A stretch of 46,755 nucleotides of DNA from Kiritimatiellia bacterium (GTDB taxonomy: Bacteria > Verrucomicrobiota > Kiritimatiellia > RFP12 > UBA1067). Below the pieces are notes generated by a model. The model searched no databases. It saw only the letters and a program-made list of their open reading frames with translations, and was not told the DNA's origin. The stretch is from contig JAGBWQ010000115.1 in assembly GCA_017629735.1 (NCBI GenBank), forward strand, positions 1-46,755, in the 5' to 3' direction. A program made the translations under genes and the position numbers. This document shows, piece after piece, positions 19,375-29,530 of this stretch; within the stretch, counting starts at the first letter, position 1; every line of letters begins with the position of its first letter.

Positions 19375-21219
19375 ATGGCGAAGGGATACGGAGAAGACGA
19401 TATTGTACACCTCGACCCGGTAACGCACATTCGGAGAAGACCCGGAATGTATGTGGGTGAGCCGGGAACCGGGGCGATGTACCACGATTGTATTTACATC
19501 CTCTTGAAGGAAGTAATAGACAATTCCATCGACGAATTTGTGATGGGAGAGGGTAAGCGCATCGATGTGACTGTCGACTATACGACAGGCGAAACTAGTG
19601 TGCGCGACTATGGGCGCGGAATACCGCTTGGAAAGGTAGTCGATTGCGTAAGCCAGATGAATACTGGCGGCAAGTTCGACTCTGATGCGTTCCAGTTTTC
19701 TGCTGGTATGAACGGCGTTGGAACGAAGGCGGTAAATGCGCTTTCTGAATTTTTTGAGGTAAGATCTGTGCGAGACGGCGAGTTTATGGAGGCTCGCTTT
19801 GAGGAAGGGCGCTTTATATCCAAGAAGAGGGGGAAAGCCGCCTCTTCGGAGCCGCGCGGCACTTATATTCGCTATAAGCCCGATGTTAAGGTGCTTAAGC
19901 ATTTCAAGGTGCGCGAGGAACATGTTTTAAGGCGTATGAAGATGTATTGCTACGTCAACGCGGGGCTTACGATCAATCTCAATGGGCAGGAGATACGCTC
20001 TGCAGGCGGGCTTGAAGATCTGGTTGCAGACGAAGCGCAGTTCGAGAAGCTTTATCGTCCGTTCCATCTCAAGACGAAGGATTTCGAGATAATCTTCACT
20101 CATACCAATAGGTTCGGCGAAGAGTATCATTCGTTCGTGAATGGCCAGTATACGACTGATGGCGGCACGCATCTTACTGCGTTTAAAGAGGCTCTTACTA
20201 AAGCTCTTAATGATTACGACGCCAAGAAGAAGTTTGATGGCGACGATATCCGCGATGGTCTTGTGGGGGCCGTCTCTCTTCGAATAATGAATCCTGTTTT
20301 CGAGGGGCAGACGAAAATTAAGCTCGTCATGAACGATATCCGCGCTGATCTCGTTCAGCAGATGAAGAAGGAGATTCTTGCAGTTCTTCATCGCTCTAGC
20401 GCAGAGACGGAAAAGCTCATTTCAAAAATTGAAGAGACGGGCAAGATTCGCTCGCAGCTTAATACGATTAAGAAGCAGGCGAGAGAGCGCTCGCAGGCGG
20501 TGTCGGTGCGAGTGCCGCAGCTTAAGGACTCCAAGAATCATTTGCGCCTTGATAAGATAAACAAAAAGACGGGCAAGCCAGAGGGTTCTGATACGATGAT
20601 ATTCCTTACAGAAGGAAAGTCTGCCGGAGGTACGCTTGGTAATGCTCGCGATGCTCTCAATCAGGCGGTTTTCTTCCTTCGCGGAAAGCCTCTTAATACT
20701 TGCGGAGTTGGCAAGGAAGTTCTCTACAAGAACGAGGAGTTCTTCAATCTCATCAAAACGCTCGATGTTGATGAGTCGCTTGAGAGGCTTCGCTACGGCA
20801 AGATCATTTTTGCAACAGATGCTGATGTCGACGGGCTTCACATTCGTATGCTTCTTTCGACATTCTTTATGCGCTTCTATCGTCAGCTCGTGACGGACGG
20901 GCGCGTGTTCATTCTTGAAACTCCGCTTTATCGTGTTAGGAATAAAAAGGAGCAGCACTATTGTTTCTCCGAGGAGGAGCGTGAGCGCGCTATTCGTTCG
21001 TGCGGGCGCGGGTGCGAGATAACTCGATTCAAAGGTCTTGGCGAATTGAACGCAAAGGAGTTCAAGGATTTTATAGGCCCAGACATGCGCCTTACCCCTG
21101 TTACATGCTCTGACGATACCGATGTGGAAAAGACGATTAAATTCTACATGGGTGCCAATACACCAGAGCGTAAAAATTACATTATGGATTCTCTTGTATG
21201 TGATGCGAGCGATTTCTGA
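19375..21219 (+). CDS. parE: Type IIA topoisomerase B subunit, ParE-like (topoisomerase IV subunit B)
   Basis: HIRRRPGMYVG, EVIDNSIDE, FLRGKPLN, TDADVDGLHI and RFKGLGELN motifs. 614 aa and lacks the GyrB-type insertion. The ParE versus second-GyrB assignment is inferred. Confidence 0.8.
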   Translation: MAKGYGEDDIVHLDPVTHIRRRPGMYVGEPGTGAMYHDCIYILLKEVIDNSIDEFVMGEGKRIDVTVDYTTGETSVRDYGRGIPLGKVVDCVSQMNTGGKFDSDAFQFSAGMNGVGTKAVNALSEFFEVRSVRDGEFMEARFEEGRFISKKRGKAASSEPRGTYIRYKPDVKVLKHFKVREEHVLRRMKMYCYVNAGLTINLNGQEIRSAGGLEDLVADEAQFEKLYRPFHLKTKDFEIIFTHTNRFGEEYHSFVNGQYTTDGGTHLTAFKEALTKALNDYDAKKKFDGDDIRDGLVGAVSLRIMNPVFEGQTKIKLVMNDIRADLVQQMKKEILAVLHRSSAETEKLISKIEETGKIRSQLNTIKKQARERSQAVSVRVPQLKDSKNHLRLDKINKKTGKPEGSDTMIFLTEGKSAGGTLGNARDALNQAVFFLRGKPLNTCGVGKEVLYKNEEFFNLIKTLDVDESLERLRYGKIIFATDADVDGLHIRMLLSTFFMRFYRQLVTDGRVFILETPLYRVRNKKEQHYCFSEEERERAIRSCGRGCEITRFKGLGELNAKEFKDFIGPDMRLTPVTCSDDTDVEKTIKFYMGANTPERKNYIMDSLVCDASDF

Positions 21220-21255
21220 TGTGTTATGAGGTTTAAAACAGCAAGGAAAATTAAA

Positions 21256-23865
21256 ATGAAAAATCAGATGAAGGTATTGATGTTGGCAGTCGTTGCACTT
21301 GCCATTTCTGGTTGCGATGAGAATCGCGGCGGCAGGCGAGTTGCAGCGCTTGATGATGCGACTTGGGGCGTAAGCTCTTGGATTAGCGTCGCGAATCAGC
21401 CTGTGCAGAAGTTCTCCGGTGTAAAGCATGGTTCGCAGAGGGCTGCTTCTGGAACATGCTGGTTCGTTCGCGAGCTTAAGAACGCCGCAAAGGTAAAGAA
21501 GGCTACGTGGATGACAGCAGGCCTTGGCGTCTATGAGGTTTATGTGAACGGCAAAGCAGTTGGTGAAGATTTTCTCAAGCCTGGCTTTACGCATAATGAG
21601 AAAACTAAATATTCCTTCACTTATGACATAACCGATCTTATTAAGAGTGGTGCAGACGAAAGCAACTTTTTCGCGGCAGAAGTTTCTGCTGGCTGGTGGC
21701 GCGACAAAATCGTAAACTTCTTCGGCCAGAAGAGTGCGTTCCGTTGCGTAATCGAGCTTGAATACGCTGATGGTACGAAGCGTTATTATGGATCAAATGT
21801 AAATGACTGGAAGTGCGGTATTGCAGGCTCCGTCACTCACGCGGCAATTTTCGATGGCGAAGAGTTTGACGCCCGCATTAAGCAGCCGTATTTTGGTTGT
21901 GATAAATTCGTCGCCCCTGTTGTTAACAAGGAGTTTAAGGGTAAGATTTTCCCGACAGCAGGCGCTGAGATTTTTCTCCGCAAGGATCTTACGCTCTCGC
22001 CTGTCGAAGCATACTGCTGGAAGGGTACGACTGGTGCAGATAAGAAAAAGAATATTTACGGCAAGGTTGTAAAGACGCGTGAGTTTGATCCATCTGGAGT
22101 TTTTGAGGTCAACCCTGGCGAGACTCTTATCGTAGACTTCGGGCAGAACAGCTCGGCCGTTCCTGCGTTTCTTATGCAGTCGGTTGCTGACGCAGTGCTT
22201 ACATGTCTTCCTGCTGAAATGCTCAACGATAACAACGGCGAGCGCAGCCGTGGAAATGATGGCCCTGGCGGATCGGTTTACCGCGAGAGCCTTCGTGTGC
22301 CAGCAGATGGTATGCGCGCGGTCTATACCTTCGCTGACGCAGAGAAGGTGTTTTATATGCCGCGCTTCACATTCTTCGGCTATCGCTACGTTTCCATTAC
22401 TGCGACGGCGCCAGTTAAGATTTTCGCGCTCAAGTCCATTCCTGTGACATCGATCACAAAGGAGATGGAGACGGGTAGCCTCGAAACGGGTGATGCCTCT
22501 TTCAATAAGTTCATCTCCAATGTTTATTGGGGACAGCTTTCAAATTATCTTTCAGTTCCTACCGATTGCCCGCAGCGCAACGAAAGGCTTGGTTGGACGG
22601 CTGATACGCAGGTCTTCGCAGAGACTGGCGCCTACAATGCTAATACGCGCGAGTTCCTTCGTAAGTGGATGCGCGATATGCGTGATACCCAGCATAAGCT
22701 TGGAGGCTTTCCTGGTGTTGCGCCTCTTGCGCAGTATGGTAGCACCGAATTCATGCGTATGTGCTGGGCAGACGCAGGAATTGTCGTTCCATTCGAAGTC
22801 TTTAAGGTCTTTGGTGACACGGAGATTGTTAAGGAAAACTGGAGCGCGATGGAAAAGTATATGAATCGCATGAATGCCACCAAGTGCGACCACGCTGCCA
22901 TTGTTGGTGAGAACCACAACTACGAATGGGCCGACTGGCTCTCATTTGAAGATCTTGAGTCTTGCAGCGGAAGGTCTCATTGCCGCAACGATAAGGGGCA
23001 GTGGGTGGTAAAGAGCGATGCGATTCTTTACTGGAATTATCTCTATGCTTGCTATTGGGCACTTGATTCAGATATGATGGTTGATATGGCCAAGGGTATC
23101 GGCAATGCAGCAGGCGTAAAGAAATATACTGCCATGGGGAAGACGGCTCGCGCCTATATCCGTGAGAAGTTCATTGATAAGACGACAGGTATGCTTCCTA
23201 AGCCAATTGCAAATCTCCAGACTGCAAATGTGATGGCTCTTGCTTCTGGCTTCCTCACTAAAGAAGAGAAAGTGAAGTTTGCCTCGCACCTCAAATCTCT
23301 TATCGAAGGTGAAAGCGAGATTGATGAGGCAGGGTACAGGAAGAAAGTTTCTGGCGTTTTGAAAACAGGCTTCCTTGGCTCGCACTTTGTGATGGACGCT
23401 CTTTCCGATAACGGCCTTGATGAGCTCGCTTATACGCTTCTTCTCAGTCATAAGTTCCCGAGCTGGCTTTATTCCGTCGATCAGGGCGCGACAACGATCT
23501 GGGAGAGGTGGAATGCGTATGTAAAGGAGAGGGGCTTTGGTCCTTCTGGAATGAACAGCTTCAACCACTATGCGTATGGTCAGGTTCTCGCGTGGGTCTA
23601 TCGCCGCGTGGCTGGCATCGCGGCCGATCCTTCGTCGCCCGGCTTTAAGACTATCATTATGAAGCCTATGCCCGACAAGAGACTTGGCTATATTAAGGCT
23701 TCTTATAAATCTGTCGCTGGCGAAATCAAGAGCGAATGGAAGTATGAAGGCGATGTTTGGGTGTGGAAGTTTACTGTACCTGAAGGATCCGTAGCGCGCG
23801 TCACCCTTCCTGGTGAGACGGCGTCTAAGGATTATACTGCAGGAACATATACGATCAGGAAATAA
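21256..23865 (+). CDS. Alpha-L-rhamnosidase (GH78), lipoprotein
   Basis: DCPQRNERLGWTADTQVF signature of the GH78 catalytic domain. Lipobox LAISGC. ATG 21256 is preferred because AAGGAAA lies 8 nt upstream. Confidence 0.8.
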   Translation: MKNQMKVLMLAVVALAISGCDENRGGRRVAALDDATWGVSSWISVANQPVQKFSGVKHGSQRAASGTCWFVRELKNAAKVKKATWMTAGLGVYEVYVNGKAVGEDFLKPGFTHNEKTKYSFTYDITDLIKSGADESNFFAAEVSAGWWRDKIVNFFGQKSAFRCVIELEYADGTKRYYGSNVNDWKCGIAGSVTHAAIFDGEEFDARIKQPYFGCDKFVAPVVNKEFKGKIFPTAGAEIFLRKDLTLSPVEAYCWKGTTGADKKKNIYGKVVKTREFDPSGVFEVNPGETLIVDFGQNSSAVPAFLMQSVADAVLTCLPAEMLNDNNGERSRGNDGPGGSVYRESLRVPADGMRAVYTFADAEKVFYMPRFTFFGYRYVSITATAPVKIFALKSIPVTSITKEMETGSLETGDASFNKFISNVYWGQLSNYLSVPTDCPQRNERLGWTADTQVFAETGAYNANTREFLRKWMRDMRDTQHKLGGFPGVAPLAQYGSTEFMRMCWADAGIVVPFEVFKVFGDTEIVKENWSAMEKYMNRMNATKCDHAAIVGENHNYEWADWLSFEDLESCSGRSHCRNDKGQWVVKSDAILYWNYLYACYWALDSDMMVDMAKGIGNAAGVKKYTAMGKTARAYIREKFIDKTTGMLPKPIANLQTANVMALASGFLTKEEKVKFASHLKSLIEGESEIDEAGYRKKVSGVLKTGFLGSHFVMDALSDNGLDELAYTLLLSHKFPSWLYSVDQGATTIWERWNAYVKERGFGPSGMNSFNHYAYGQVLAWVYRRVAGIAADPSSPGFKTIIMKPMPDKRLGYIKASYKSVAGEIKSEWKYEGDVWVWKFTVPEGSVARVTLPGETASKDYTAGTYTIRK

Positions 23866-23882
23866 TTGAAAAGGAGTGCGTG

Positions 23883-25310
23883 ATGTTTGCTGTAAGAAGC
23901 AGAATTAAAGCTGCGGTAGCTGCGGCGCTTGTGGTTGGAGGAGTGCTCTCCTCTTTTGCTACGGGAGCACCAAAGTATGTCTTTCTCTTCATCGGCGATG
24001 GTATGTCAACGCCGCAGAGAATGGCAGCGGAGATCTTTTCTAAAGAAATTGGCCGCGGTCAGCTTCATATGAATAATCTTCCGTATCAGGCAAACACACG
24101 CACTTCGAGTGCAAGTGCCATCATTACCGATTCGGCTGCCGCGGCAACAGCTATTGCTTGTGGCGTTAAGACGAACAATAGAATGTTGGGCATGGACCCT
24201 GATGGAAAGAAAATTGAGTCTGTTGCAGAAGTTGCCAAGAGGTGCGGAAAGAAAGTGGGTATAGCAACAACGGTTACTATTTCCCATGCAACTCCCGCTG
24301 GCTTTTACGCGCACCAGCCACATCGCAGTCTTAATTACGAGATTGGTCTTGATCTTGTTAATTCCGATTTCGATTATTTTTGCGGCGGAGGCCTGTATGG
24401 TGCTTTTGATAATAAAAAAAGTCCAAAATATTGCGGCGATATTCGCGAGCTTGCTCGCGAGGAAGGCTATACGATTGCGACAAACCGCCAGGAGTGGGAA
24501 GCTCTTAAGCCCGGCTGCAAATCATGGACGTATTTCGCCGACAATGCACTTGATTTTTCAATTGATGCAGATGGCTCGCAGCCGACCCTCGCTGAAATTG
24601 TCAAAAAAGGTATAGAGCTTCTTGATGGCCCTGAAGGATTTTTCTTCATGTGCGAGGGCGGCAAGATCGATTACGCTGGACATGCAAACGATGCCGCCAC
24701 TAATCTTAGGGATATCCTTGCTCTTGATGATGCTGTTAAAGTGGCACTTGATTTTCAAGAGCGCCATCCTCAAGATACGCTTATTATAACAACGGGCGAC
24801 CATGAGACTGGCGGAATGTCGATGGGCTTTGCTGGTGTAGGCGGAGCATTTCGTGTAGACATGCTTAGGTATCAGAAAATTTCTGTTGAGAAATTCTCCG
24901 ACTGGTTCAAATCTCTCGTTCGCGAAAAGAAGGGCGAGATAACCTTCGAGGAAATTGAGGCTGTTCTTACCGAAAAGTTTGGTTTTGATTTTAACGGCAA
25001 GCATGGTGGTGGCAAGATTTCTTTGAGCAAGGAGAATATAGAGGCGCTTAAGGCTGCTTTTGAAACAGATATCGGGTTTGTTAAAAAAGGCGTTAAGGAC
25101 ACGACGGCTCACGATGTTTCGAGAGTTTATGTCTTTGCTCAGACAGCGAAGAATGTTCTTAATGCGCAGGCAGGGGTAGGCTGGAGCTCGGCTTCTCATA
25201 CGGCGCTTCCTACTTTTACCACGGCCAAAGGCCCAGGGGCAGAAATTCTTGTCGGAATTAGGCATAACACAGGTCTTGGCAAGCGCCTTAAAGCGCTCTA
25301 CGAGGAGTAA
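23883..25310 (+). CDS. Alkaline phosphatase (PhoA family)
   Basis: FIGDGMS and ITDSAAAATA (catalytic Ser) motifs, plus GDHETGG. Signal peptide. AAAGGAG Shine-Dalgarno upstream. Confidence 0.85.
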   Translation: MFAVRSRIKAAVAAALVVGGVLSSFATGAPKYVFLFIGDGMSTPQRMAAEIFSKEIGRGQLHMNNLPYQANTRTSSASAIITDSAAAATAIACGVKTNNRMLGMDPDGKKIESVAEVAKRCGKKVGIATTVTISHATPAGFYAHQPHRSLNYEIGLDLVNSDFDYFCGGGLYGAFDNKKSPKYCGDIRELAREEGYTIATNRQEWEALKPGCKSWTYFADNALDFSIDADGSQPTLAEIVKKGIELLDGPEGFFFMCEGGKIDYAGHANDAATNLRDILALDDAVKVALDFQERHPQDTLIITTGDHETGGMSMGFAGVGGAFRVDMLRYQKISVEKFSDWFKSLVREKKGEITFEEIEAVLTEKFGFDFNGKHGGGKISLSKENIEALKAAFETDIGFVKKGVKDTTAHDVSRVYVFAQTAKNVLNAQAGVGWSSASHTALPTFTTAKGPGAEILVGIRHNTGLGKRLKALYEE

Positions 25311-25313
25311 AAG

Positions 25314-26423
25314 ATGACTGCAAGAAGGCGGGAATCTCTTCCGGTGACGGCTCTCGCTGCGATATGCGTAGCGATGTGCTTCGCGCCTTCTGCAGAAAAT
25401 ATAGTCCACGATTCTGGCACATCTTCTCTTGCTCGCGTTGTTTCCGTCGATGATTCCAATATTGAGAAGATTGGAATCTCCGAATACGGAACGCAGAGCT
25501 TGGAGGTAGAGATAATCTCTGGGCGCATGGAAGGGCAGAAGGTTCGCGCAGAGAACGATCTGCGCGCTCAGATGGATATAGACAAGAAGTTCTCGCCTGG
25601 TGATGTTGCTCTTGTAGTTGTTCCAGAGGAAGGTGTCAAGGCCGGGCCTATCATTGCGCGCGATCATTGGCGGCTTGGTTGGTGCGCCGTTTTAGTCGTA
25701 GCCTTTTGCGTCTCATTAATTGTATTCGGAGGTTGGACGGGCGCAAAGGCGCTTTTCAGTTTTGTTTTCAGCTGCGTTGCAATTTGGAAAATACTTGTGC
25801 CTTTCTGTCTTCGCGGATACAATGCAAGTTTCGTTTCTTTCGCAGTTGTAGCTCTCCTGTCAGCAGTTATAATCTATCTCGTTGCAGGGGCGACAAAAAA
25901 GGCGCTCGCGGCATTTCTTGGAGCCATGCTTGGAATTGCCTCATCGCTCGTTCTCGTGCATGTTTTCTCAGCTCTTATGCATGTAAACGGAGCTACGATG
26001 CCTTATGCGCAGGCGCTTGCAAATTCAGGATATGCCAATCTCAATCTTTCTAATCTCTTTTGCGGTGCTGTGATACTTTGCTCGTCAGGCGCAGTGATGG
26101 ACTTGGCAATGGATATTTCTGCTGGTGTTTCTGAAATATCTCGCCATTCTCCTTCTCTTTCGAGGGCAAGTCTTTTTGCAAGCGGTATTCGCATGGGGCG
26201 CGCGGTAGTTGGTACGATGACAACGACGCTTCTTCTTGCGTATTCAGGCGGGTACTTAACGCTTCTTATGATGTTTGCATCTCAGGGCACGTCGCCAATG
26301 GTGTTTTTGAATTCAACTCTCGTCTCGGCAGAATTGGTCAAGACGCTTGTTGGTAGTTTTGGTATGGTGCTTGTAGCTCCATTTACTGCCCTTGCGGCAG
26401 CTTGGTTGAATGAACATGAGTAA
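25314..26423 (+). CDS. YibE/F-family membrane protein
   Basis: N-terminal extracytoplasmic segment followed by about 6 TM helices with MDLAMDISAGVSEI, as I recall for YibE/F proteins. Confidence 0.55.
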   Translation: MTARRRESLPVTALAAICVAMCFAPSAENIVHDSGTSSLARVVSVDDSNIEKIGISEYGTQSLEVEIISGRMEGQKVRAENDLRAQMDIDKKFSPGDVALVVVPEEGVKAGPIIARDHWRLGWCAVLVVAFCVSLIVFGGWTGAKALFSFVFSCVAIWKILVPFCLRGYNASFVSFAVVALLSAVIIYLVAGATKKALAAFLGAMLGIASSLVLVHVFSALMHVNGATMPYAQALANSGYANLNLSNLFCGAVILCSSGAVMDLAMDISAGVSEISRHSPSLSRASLFASGIRMGRAVVGTMTTTLLLAYSGGYLTLLMMFASQGTSPMVFLNSTLVSAELVKTLVGSFGMVLVAPFTALAAAWLNEHE

Positions 26424-27447
26424 GCGCAATATCTTGAAAGCGTTTGCATGCTCTTTCGCGTTGATGGCGCTTTCTTTTTATTCGCTTCAAGCATCGGCTA
26501 TCGAAATTTCCAACAGGTATCGTAGCCCGCGCAATCCTGAGCGCAGCGTCAGGAAGGCAACTACTCTTATTATTCTACATACAACAGAAGCTCCAGAACG
26601 AAGCTCGTTAAATAAACTTAGTGAGCGCGGCGAGGCGCATTACTGCGTAACTCCATCTGGGCGAATTTTTGCAATCGTCGACCGCGATAGAGAGGCATAT
26701 CATGCGGGGCGAAGCATGTGGAATGCCAAAGAAGATGTCGATAAATTCTCAATTGGAATCGAGTGCGTAGGTTATCACAACGAGCCCATGGGAATTGTGC
26801 AGCTTAAAGCCATTGCATCGCTTGTAGATATGCTCAAGAAGATGTACGGCCTTAGTGATGAAGCTGTTATTTGTCATAGTCATGTAGCTTACGGCGCTCC
26901 AAACAAATGGCAGAAGCGCAGGCATCGCGGCAGAAAGCGCTGCGGAATGCTTTTTGCGACAACAAGTGTGCGCAATATTCTTGATCTTTCTTCTAAGCCG
27001 AGAGTCGATCCTGATACGCGCGCAGGCAGACTTGTTGTAGGCGATCCTTATTTGAGAAATGTTCTATATGGGAAGATGGATATTATGGCGTCGCATTATC
27101 CTTCGAAGAAGCAGCCTGCGAAGTCAACTTCTGCAAAAGCTCCTTCTGCAAAGAAGTCTCCTGTTAAAAAGCCTAAGGCGGCGAATGTAGCAGAGACCAA
27201 AAATACTAATGTTAAAAGCACATATAAAATATCTGCGCACAAATCATCTCCTAAGACATTAAATGATCTTAAGGCGCAAGGTTATAAGTGCAGGGGTACT
27301 GTTGCAAAAGGGAAAACTGCTATGATGATTGTAGGCTCTAAATGGAAGTCGTCCTCTACATATTATGTCATCCGCGGCAAAGTGACATCAGGCTCAAGTA
27401 TCAATCCTTTGCGCATAGAAGAGGGAACTGCAATTTGGACTAAATAA
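26410..27447 (+). CDS. N-acetylmuramoyl-L-alanine amidase (amidase_2/PGRP fold) with a Lys/Ala/Pro-rich linker and a C-terminal domain
   Basis: TLIILHTTEAP...YHAG...SIGIECVGYH...CHSHVA motifs. Signal peptide ending SLQASA. Overlaps the upstream gene by 14 nt. Confidence 0.7.
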   Translation: MNMSKRNILKAFACSFALMALSFYSLQASAIEISNRYRSPRNPERSVRKATTLIILHTTEAPERSSLNKLSERGEAHYCVTPSGRIFAIVDRDREAYHAGRSMWNAKEDVDKFSIGIECVGYHNEPMGIVQLKAIASLVDMLKKMYGLSDEAVICHSHVAYGAPNKWQKRRHRGRKRCGMLFATTSVRNILDLSSKPRVDPDTRAGRLVVGDPYLRNVLYGKMDIMASHYPSKKQPAKSTSAKAPSAKKSPVKKPKAANVAETKNTNVKSTYKISAHKSSPKTLNDLKAQGYKCRGTVAKGKTAMMIVGSKWKSSSTYYVIRGKVTSGSSINPLRIEEGTAIWTK

Positions 27448-27501
27448 AAATTTAAAAGTTTGCTGGGTTTTAATCTAGCATAAAACAAGGAAGGAAAGAA
27501 G

Positions 27502-28374
27502 ATGAAGATAATAGATGGAAAGTTACTCGCGGCAAATCTGAGGAAAGAAATTGCCGAGGCTACTCAGGCGCTGAAGAATGAGAAGGGTGTCGTTCCTACT
27601 CTCGCAGTCGTTCTTGTAGGCGAAGATCCTGCCAGCGTCTCTTATGTGACGGCCAAGGAGCGCGCATGCATTGAAGCAGGAATGAATTCGCGTGAGATTC
27701 GTTTGCCGGCAGATGTTTCCGAAGAGAAGCTTGTTGCAGAGGTTGCATCTCTCAATGCAGACGATTCTGTCGATGGAATTCTCGTTCAGCTTCCGCTTCC
27801 CAAGGGAATCGACGCTAAGCGTGTAGTTGATGCAATTTCTCCTGCAAAGGATGTCGATGGATTTACTCCTGAAAATGCAGGCAGAATGCTTATCGGCGAG
27901 GAGTGCTTCCTGCCGTGCACACCGCATGGAGTTATAAAGCTTATTGAGTTTGCCGGCATGGATATCAAAGGAAGGCATGTTGTAGTTATTGGCCGCTCGA
28001 ATATCGTCGGCAAGCCTTTGGCGGTTCTTCTCTCGCGCAAGGAAACGAACGCAACCGTAACTCTTTGCCACACGGGAACAAAGGACATTTCGCTCTTTAC
28101 GCGTATGGCCGATGTTGTCGTTGTTGCGGCAGGTCGTCCTGATACTCTTACGGGTGATATGCTTAAGGAAGGGGCAGTTGTAATTGATGTTGGAGTAAAC
28201 CGCGTTGCAGATCCTACGGCCGCCAAGGGCTATCGTCTCAAAGGCGATGCCGACTTTGAATCGTGCTCGCGCGTGGCCTCTGCAATTACGCCTGTTCCAG
28301 GCGGTGTTGGGCCTCTTACAATCACGATGCTTCTTTGGAATACGCTTGAATCTGCAAAGAGAAAAGCCACTTGA
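27502..28374 (+). CDS. folD: Bifunctional methylenetetrahydrofolate dehydrogenase/cyclohydrolase
   Basis: MKIIDGKLLAANLR...LAVVLVGEDPASVSYV...ILVQLPLP...VVIGRSNIVGKPLA...PVPGGVGPLTI. Confidence 0.95.
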   Translation: MKIIDGKLLAANLRKEIAEATQALKNEKGVVPTLAVVLVGEDPASVSYVTAKERACIEAGMNSREIRLPADVSEEKLVAEVASLNADDSVDGILVQLPLPKGIDAKRVVDAISPAKDVDGFTPENAGRMLIGEECFLPCTPHGVIKLIEFAGMDIKGRHVVVIGRSNIVGKPLAVLLSRKETNATVTLCHTGTKDISLFTRMADVVVVAAGRPDTLTGDMLKEGAVVIDVGVNRVADPTAAKGYRLKGDADFESCSRVASAITPVPGGVGPLTITMLLWNTLESAKRKAT

Positions 28375-28399
28375 TTTTCCGTATTTCATATTCTATAAT
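28371..28399 (+). promoter_or_regulatory. Promoter: -35 TTGATT, 17-nt spacer, -10 TATAAT; 8 nt separate the -10 from ATG 28408
   Basis: TTGATT at 28371-28376 overlaps the folD stop. TATAAT at 28394-28399. No Shine-Dalgarno before the ATG. Confidence 0.5.
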
Positions 28400-28407
28400 A
28401 TGACTCA

Positions 28408-29085
28408 ATGAAAACACTTATGGCACTGTGGTATGGACTGTTCAGAAACAACCCGATATTCAGGTTGGTTCTCGGATTATGTCCAACGTTGGCGGTCACA
28501 ACATCGCTTGAAAATGCGATTGGAATGGGCCTTGCTTCTACATTCGTTCTTGTATGCTCTAACATACTAGTTTCGGCATTGAGAAAAGTAATTCCTGCCG
28601 CAGTTCACATACCGTGTTACATTGTGATTATAGCGACTTTCGTTACCGCGACAGACTTGCTTATGCAGGCGTTCCTTCCCGCGCTTTCGGAGTCGCTCGG
28701 AATCTTCATTCCGTTGATTGTCGTCAACTGCATCATTCTTGGTCGCGCTGAGGCGTTTGCAAGCAGGAACGGAATTATCGATTCTCTTGCAGATGGCATT
28801 GGTTCGGGAGTTGGCTTTACTATGTCGCTTTCTCTTGTCGCAGCAGTGCGCGAGATTGTTGGCGCAGGTACGCTTACGGTGTGGGGGGATTTGGCGTTCA
28901 AGAATTTGAATCCAGGTCCCATCACTATGGCTATTTTGCCGGCTGGCGGTTTCATAACGCTTGGTATCCTCCTTGCGCTTATAAACCGCATCGGAGAGTG
29001 GAATGCGCGTCGCCATGGTGCGCCGCCGCCATTGCCAATCTCTCTCGATTGCCGTCACTGCACCATGTGCCCCAGCGGGAAGTGA
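28408..29085 (+). CDS. rnfE: RnfE/NqrD-family ion-translocating oxidoreductase membrane subunit
   Basis: GLFRNNPIFRLVLGLCPTLAVT, GIFIPLIVVNCIILGRAEAFA and LPAGGFITLG align with my recollection of E. coli RsxE. C-terminal tail LDCRHCTMCPSGK. No other rnf or nqr gene in the window. Confidence 0.8.
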   Translation: MKTLMALWYGLFRNNPIFRLVLGLCPTLAVTTSLENAIGMGLASTFVLVCSNILVSALRKVIPAAVHIPCYIVIIATFVTATDLLMQAFLPALSESLGIFIPLIVVNCIILGRAEAFASRNGIIDSLADGIGSGVGFTMSLSLVAAVREIVGAGTLTVWGDLAFKNLNPGPITMAILPAGGFITLGILLALINRIGEWNARRHGAPPPLPISLDCRHCTMCPSGK

Positions 29086-29086
29086 G

Positions 29087-29530
29087 ATGAAGTGTCCTAA
29101 ATGCCAGGCTGACGACGATAAGGTGCTCGATTCTCGAGCAGCGCGCGACGGCGCGGCGATACGCCGTCGTCGCGAATGCCTCAAGTGTGGGCATAGGTTT
29201 ACGACATACGAAGAAATAGATCGCGACGAAGTGATGGTCGTCAAGCGCGATGGTCGTCGTCAGACATTCGAGCGGACAAAACTTTACAATGCGATCCGCC
29301 AGGCATGCGGTAAGCGGAAAATTTCTGACGAGCAGGTGCGCACGATCATCGATCGCGTCGTTTCTGGCCTCGATGGTGATGAAGTGCCAAGCGCTAAGAT
29401 TGCAGAGCTCGTGATGTCGGAGCTTCATAGGACTGACGAAGTTGCGTACATCAGATTCGCGAGCGTCTATCGGCAGTTTAAGGATGTGTCGGAATTTCTT
29501 GCAGCAATAACGGAGATTGTAAGGAAATGA
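29087..29530 (+). CDS. nrdR: Transcriptional repressor NrdR
   Basis: MKCPKCQADDDKVLDSR...RRRECLKCGHRFTTYE zinc ribbon plus ATP-cone. Start moved to ATG 29087, one nt after the rnfE stop. Confidence 0.9.
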   Translation: MKCPKCQADDDKVLDSRAARDGAAIRRRRECLKCGHRFTTYEEIDRDEVMVVKRDGRRQTFERTKLYNAIRQACGKRKISDEQVRTIIDRVVSGLDGDEVPSAKIAELVMSELHRTDEVAYIRFASVYRQFKDVSEFLAAITEIVRK

